Below, piece after piece: positions 59,531-64,000 of a DNA stretch of 64,000 nt. Under the pieces are notes generated by a model. The model saw only the letters and a program-made list of their open reading frames with translations. It did no database searches and was not told where the DNA came from. Origin of the DNA: Mobula hypostoma (taxonomy: Eukaryota); NCBI RefSeq assembly GCF_963921235.1, contig NC_086098.1, positions 24,180,001 through 24,244,000 of the forward strand, in the 5' to 3' direction. The position numbers and the translations under genes were made by a program. Each line of letters opens with the position of its first letter. The first letter of the stretch is position 1.

Positions 59531-59754
59531 GACGAGATGGACACGATGCTGGAATCTGGAGCATCTCACGGTGTGGTGGAAGAATTCAGCGGGTCATCAT
59601 CTCTTTGTGTGTATCCATCTATCATTTCACCTGCTGCGGTCTTGCACTTTCACCTCCGCTCCCCCTACCTGTCATCTCACATCCCTCCTCAGTCCACCAA
59701 TCGCATCAGAATCCTTTCTTTATCACTCCACATTTTATTATATGTCGAGAGAGA

Positions 59755-59970
59755 GATAGCAACCCACCAATTTTAGCCCTAGCCGAATGACAGGACAATT
59801 TACCATGACCGACTAACCGGTGTGTCTTTGGACTGCGGGAGGAAACCAGAGCACCCGGAGGAAACTCACCCGCAGATGGAAAGAACATACACACTTTCCA
59901 AGAGAGGATGCCGGAATTGAACTCTGAATTTTGATGCCCTATGCTGTCATATTGTTGTGCTAACCGCTAT
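59755..59970 (-). mobile_element. V-SINE
   Basis: gtctttggactgcgggaggaaaccagagcacccggaggaaac and ccggaattgaac. Confidence 0.8.
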
Positions 59971-60174
59971 ACTTCTGCTCTATCTGCTGCCATCTTGTCT
60001 CTCTACTCTCAAGGTTTTGACCCGAAATTGTGACTGGTGTTTTCGTGCTGCTCAGTTCCTCCAGCATATTTAGTTCTAGTTGCCCCTTCCCATCCTCCAA
60101 TATCTACACGCGGCTGTGTGTCCTCTTCTTCCTCGAGATCTGGTTGTTTTCGGGAGCATCCTGTTCATGCAATT

Positions 60175-60592
60175 GATAGCTGTGGGATTGTACTTGCTAG
60201 AGTTTAGAAGAATGATGAAAGATCTCATTTAAACCTATTGAATGTTGAAAGGCCTGGATAGAGTGGATGTGGAGAGGATGTTTCCAATAGTGGAGGAGTC
60301 TAAGACCAGAGGGCACAGCCTCAGAATACAAGAACATCCCTATAGCGCGGAGGTGAGGATGCATTTCTTTAGCCAGAGGATGGTGAATCTGTGGAATGCA
60401 TTGCCACAGATGACTGGAGGCTGAGTTATTGGGTATATTTAAAGCAGAGATTGCTAGGTTCTTGATTAGTAAGGGTGTTGAAGGTTACAGGGAGAAGGTA
60501 GTTGATAAGGATAATAAATCAGCCATGATTGAGTGGCAGAGCAGACACGATGGGCCAAGTGGCCTAATTCTGCTCCTGCGATGTCTGATCTT
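60175..60592 (+). mobile_element. CR1 3' end
   Basis: LKGLDRVDVERMFP...FFSQRMVNLWNALP and 3'UTR. Confidence 0.88.
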
Positions 60593-60929
60593 AAGGCCAT
60601 CTGTCCAAGTGGCTCTTTAGATCGAAAGTGAGCTCCGACAACCCTGGATTAATCAGAGAGCCACACAGTCACATTGCAAACTGTTAGTTTTTGCCAGCCT
60701 CAGCCAATTAAGGCCCCTCCATCAATCCTCCACAGGGTAAACACTAGGGAGGTAGAGTGTTGGGGTTACCTGGATTTTTGTCAAATTTTGTTATTAAACC
60801 ATTCTCGTACAATGGGTGAAAGAATAGTGGCCTACCTTATGTGATGAGCGAGATTCTGACTAATGAAATGGCCAGAGTAATTTTTGGACCATTGGGTTTC
60901 AAACTGACTGGCGGAGGTGAATCACAAGT

Positions 60930-63900
60930 ATAAAGTCACAGAGAAGTACAGTGCTGAAAACAGGCCCTTTGGCCCATCTAGACCATATCAAAACCATTTA
61001 AACTGCCTACTCCCATCAACCTACACCAGGACTATAGGCTTCCAGACCCCTACCATCCATGTACCTATCCAAACTTAAACATTGAAATCAAGCTCGCATG
61101 CACCACTTGTGCTGGCAGCTCATTCCACACTCTCACAGTTCTCTGAGTGAAGAAGTTTCCCCTAACATGTCCCTTAAACTTTACACCTTTCACCCTTACC
61201 CATAAACTCTGGTTGTAGTCCCACCCAACCTCTGTGGAAAAAGTCTGCTTGCATATACCCTATCTATATCCATCCTAATTTAGTATACCTCTGTCAAATC
61301 TCCTCTCAATCTTCTAGGTTCTAAGCAATAAAATCCTAACCTAATTCAATCTTATCTTATAACTCAGGTCCTCCCGACCCAGCAACATCCCTGTAACTGT
61401 AAGGCCCAGGTTCATATTTTCTCTGTACTCTTTCAACCTTATTTATGTCCTTCCTGTAAGTAAGTGACCAAAACTGCACACTATATTCCAAATTCGACCT
61501 CACCAATGTCTTCTACAACATCAACATAACATCCCATCTCCTGTACTCAGTACATTGATTTGAGGGCCAATATGCCAAAAGCTTTCTTTATGACCCTTTC
61601 TACCTGTGACAGCACTTTGAATGAATTATGTCTCTGATCCCTTTGTTCTACCACACTTCTCGGTGAATGGCCTTGATAGAGTGAATGTAGGGAGGATGTT
61701 TCCTACGGTGGGAGAATCTAAGACCAGAGGATACAGCCTCGGAATAGATGGGCGTCCTTTTAGGATGGAGATGAGAAGGAATTTCACCAGAGAGTCATGA
61801 ATCTGTGGAATTCTTTGCCACAGGTAGCTGTGGAGGCCAAGTCTTTATGCATATTTAAGGCAGAGGCTGATTTCTTAATTGGTCAGGGCATGGCGGGATA
61901 CAGGGAGAAGTCAGGAGATTGGGGCTGAGAGGAAAATTGGATCAGCCATGATGAAATGGCAGAACAGACTCCATGGGCCAAATGGCCTAACTCTGCTCCT
62001 ATATTTTATGGTCTTATGGTCTACTGTTCACTGTGTAAGACCTACCCTCGCTGGTCCTACGAAAGTGCAACTCTTCACACTTGTCTGCATTAAATTCCAT
62101 CTGCTATTCTTCAGCCCATTTTTTCCAGCTGACCCAGATCTCTTTGCAAGCCATGACAGCCTTTCTCGCTGTCTACTACATGCCCAATTTGCAGATCCAG
62201 TTTACCACATTATCATTCAAGATCATTGATATAGATGGCAAACAACAACAGACCCAGCACTGATCCCTGAGGCACACCACGAGTCACAGGTCTCCAGTCA
62301 GAGAGGCAACCCTCTACTACCACTCTCTGGCTTCTCGCACAAAACAAACGTCTAATCCAATTTACTACGTCATCTTGAATGATGAGCAACTGAACCTCCT
62401 TGACCAACCTTCCATGCGGGACCTTGTCAAACGTCTTGCTAGAGCACGTGTAGACAACATCCACTGCCTTGCCTTCATCCACTTTCCTGGTAACTTCCTT
62501 GAAAATCTCTATAAGATTGGTCGACGTGACCTACCATGCACAAAGTCAGGCTGACTATCCTTAATCAGTCCATGTCTATCTAAATACTTATATATCCAGT
62601 CCCTTAGAATGCTTCCAATAACTTTCCTACTACCAATGTCAGACTCAGTGGTCAATAATTTCTTGCTTTATTTTAGAGCCTTTTTTAAAACAGCAGAACA
62701 ACATTGGCTATCCTCCAATCCTCTGGAAGTTCTGTTGCTAAGGATGATTTAAATATTTCTGCTAGGCTCCTGGCAATTTCTGTACTTGCCTCCTGTAGGG
62801 CCTGAGGGAACACCTTGTCAGGCCCTGGTGATTTATCCACGCTGATTTGCTTCAGGACAGCAAATGCCTCCTCCCTTGTAAACCGTTTTGGGTCCATGCA
62901 GTTGATACTCCTTTGCCTCACTTCTATAGAGTCCGTGTCCATCTTCTGGGTAAATACAAATGCAAACTATTTATTTAAGATCTCCCCTAACTCTTGGTTC
63001 TACATGTGGATTACCATTCTGGTCTTCCAAAGGACCAATATTGTCTCTTGCAATCCTTTTGTTCTTAACATGTCTGTAGAATCCCTTAGGATGCTCCTTC
63101 ACCTTGTCTGTTAAGGCAAACTTATGCCTTTTATTAGTCTTAATGATTTCTTTCTTAAGTGTTCTGTTGCATTTCTTATACTTCATAAGCAGCTCATTTT
63201 TTCCTACGTCCATACCTGCTATGAGACTCCTTTTCTCTCTTAAACAGGGCCTCAATATCTCTTGAAACCCAAGGTTTGCTACACTTGTTATCTTTACCTT
63301 TTATTCTGTTGGGTACATATAAGTTCAGTGCGCTCAAAATGTCACTTTTCAAGGCCTGCCACTTTCCAAGTACACCTTTGCCAGAGAACATCCTGTCTCA
63401 ATCCACACTTACCAGATTATTTCTGATGCCCTCAAATTGGCCTTTCTCCAGTTTAGAACCTCAACCCATGGATCAGACTTACCTTTTTTGCAGATTTACT
63501 TTGAAACTTAGGGCATTGTGGTCACTGGATGCAAAGTGTCCCCGACACAAACTTCTGTCACCTGCCCTGTCTCATTCCCTAATACCAGATCAGTTATCAC
63601 ACACTCTGTCGTTGGGAATTCTACGTACTGATCAAGGAAACTTTCCTGAACACATTTGACAAACGCTATCCCATCTTGCCTGCTTTTACAGTATGAGACT
63701 CCCAGTCAATATGTGGAAAGTTGAAATCACCTACTATAACAAACTTATGTTTCTTGCAACAGCTTGTGTTCTGTTTACAAATTTGTTCCTCTAAATCCTT
63801 CAGACTGTTGGGTGGTCTGTAATATAGCCCCATTAACATAGTCATACCTTTCTTATTTCTCAGTTCCATTCATAACTTCTCACTACATGAGTTCTCCAGT

Positions 63901-64000
63901 CTGTCCTGACTGAGAACTGTCGTGACATTTTCCCTAACTAGTAACACCATCCCTCCTCCCTTAATTCCGCCCCCCCCAAGCCTGTGGCATCTAATACAGC
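60930..64000 (-). mobile_element. Long decayed CR1 ORF2 running off the window, with a nested CR1 3' end (+) at about 61665-62020
   Basis: YYRPPNS, VGDFNFPHIDW, DKSPGPD, EDWRIANV, FDKVPH, PQGSVLG on the minus strand; many stops and frameshifts. Confidence 0.92.

Overview
This is eukaryotic (vertebrate) genomic DNA. The repeat landscape (abundant CR1, Rex1/Babar, V-SINEs, Penelope-derived termini) suggests a cartilaginous fish, probably a ray; this is an inference. The gene order matches the human 6q22 block: the 3' TLDc exons of NCOA7 (+), complete 5-exon HINT3 (+), and exon 1 of TRMT11 (+). Three highlights stand out. (1) An alternative first exon at 5003-5077, missing from the ORF track, reconstructs a complete 219-aa short NCOA7 isoform resembling interferon-inducible human NCOA7-AS, with ISRE/GAS-like and CCAAT motifs upstream and an AP-1/NF-kB-like/ISRE cluster at 2181-2220. 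(2) A compact, apparently intronless ABRA/STARS-like gene (-) lies between HINT3 and TRMT11 and is a plausible whole-genome-duplication paralogue of the OXR1-linked ABRA. (3) Penelope-derived elements with target-site duplications carry a minimal type I hammerhead ribozyme motif, with one core-intact copy at 16388-16423 (-). Most remaining sequence is transposon-derived: one open CR1 ORF2, many decayed LINEs, two solo LTRs, a truncated Gypsy element with nested hAT transposons, and a decayed Charlie/Buster hAT. Exon coordinates were read from splice sites by eye; boundaries of decayed repeats are approximate.
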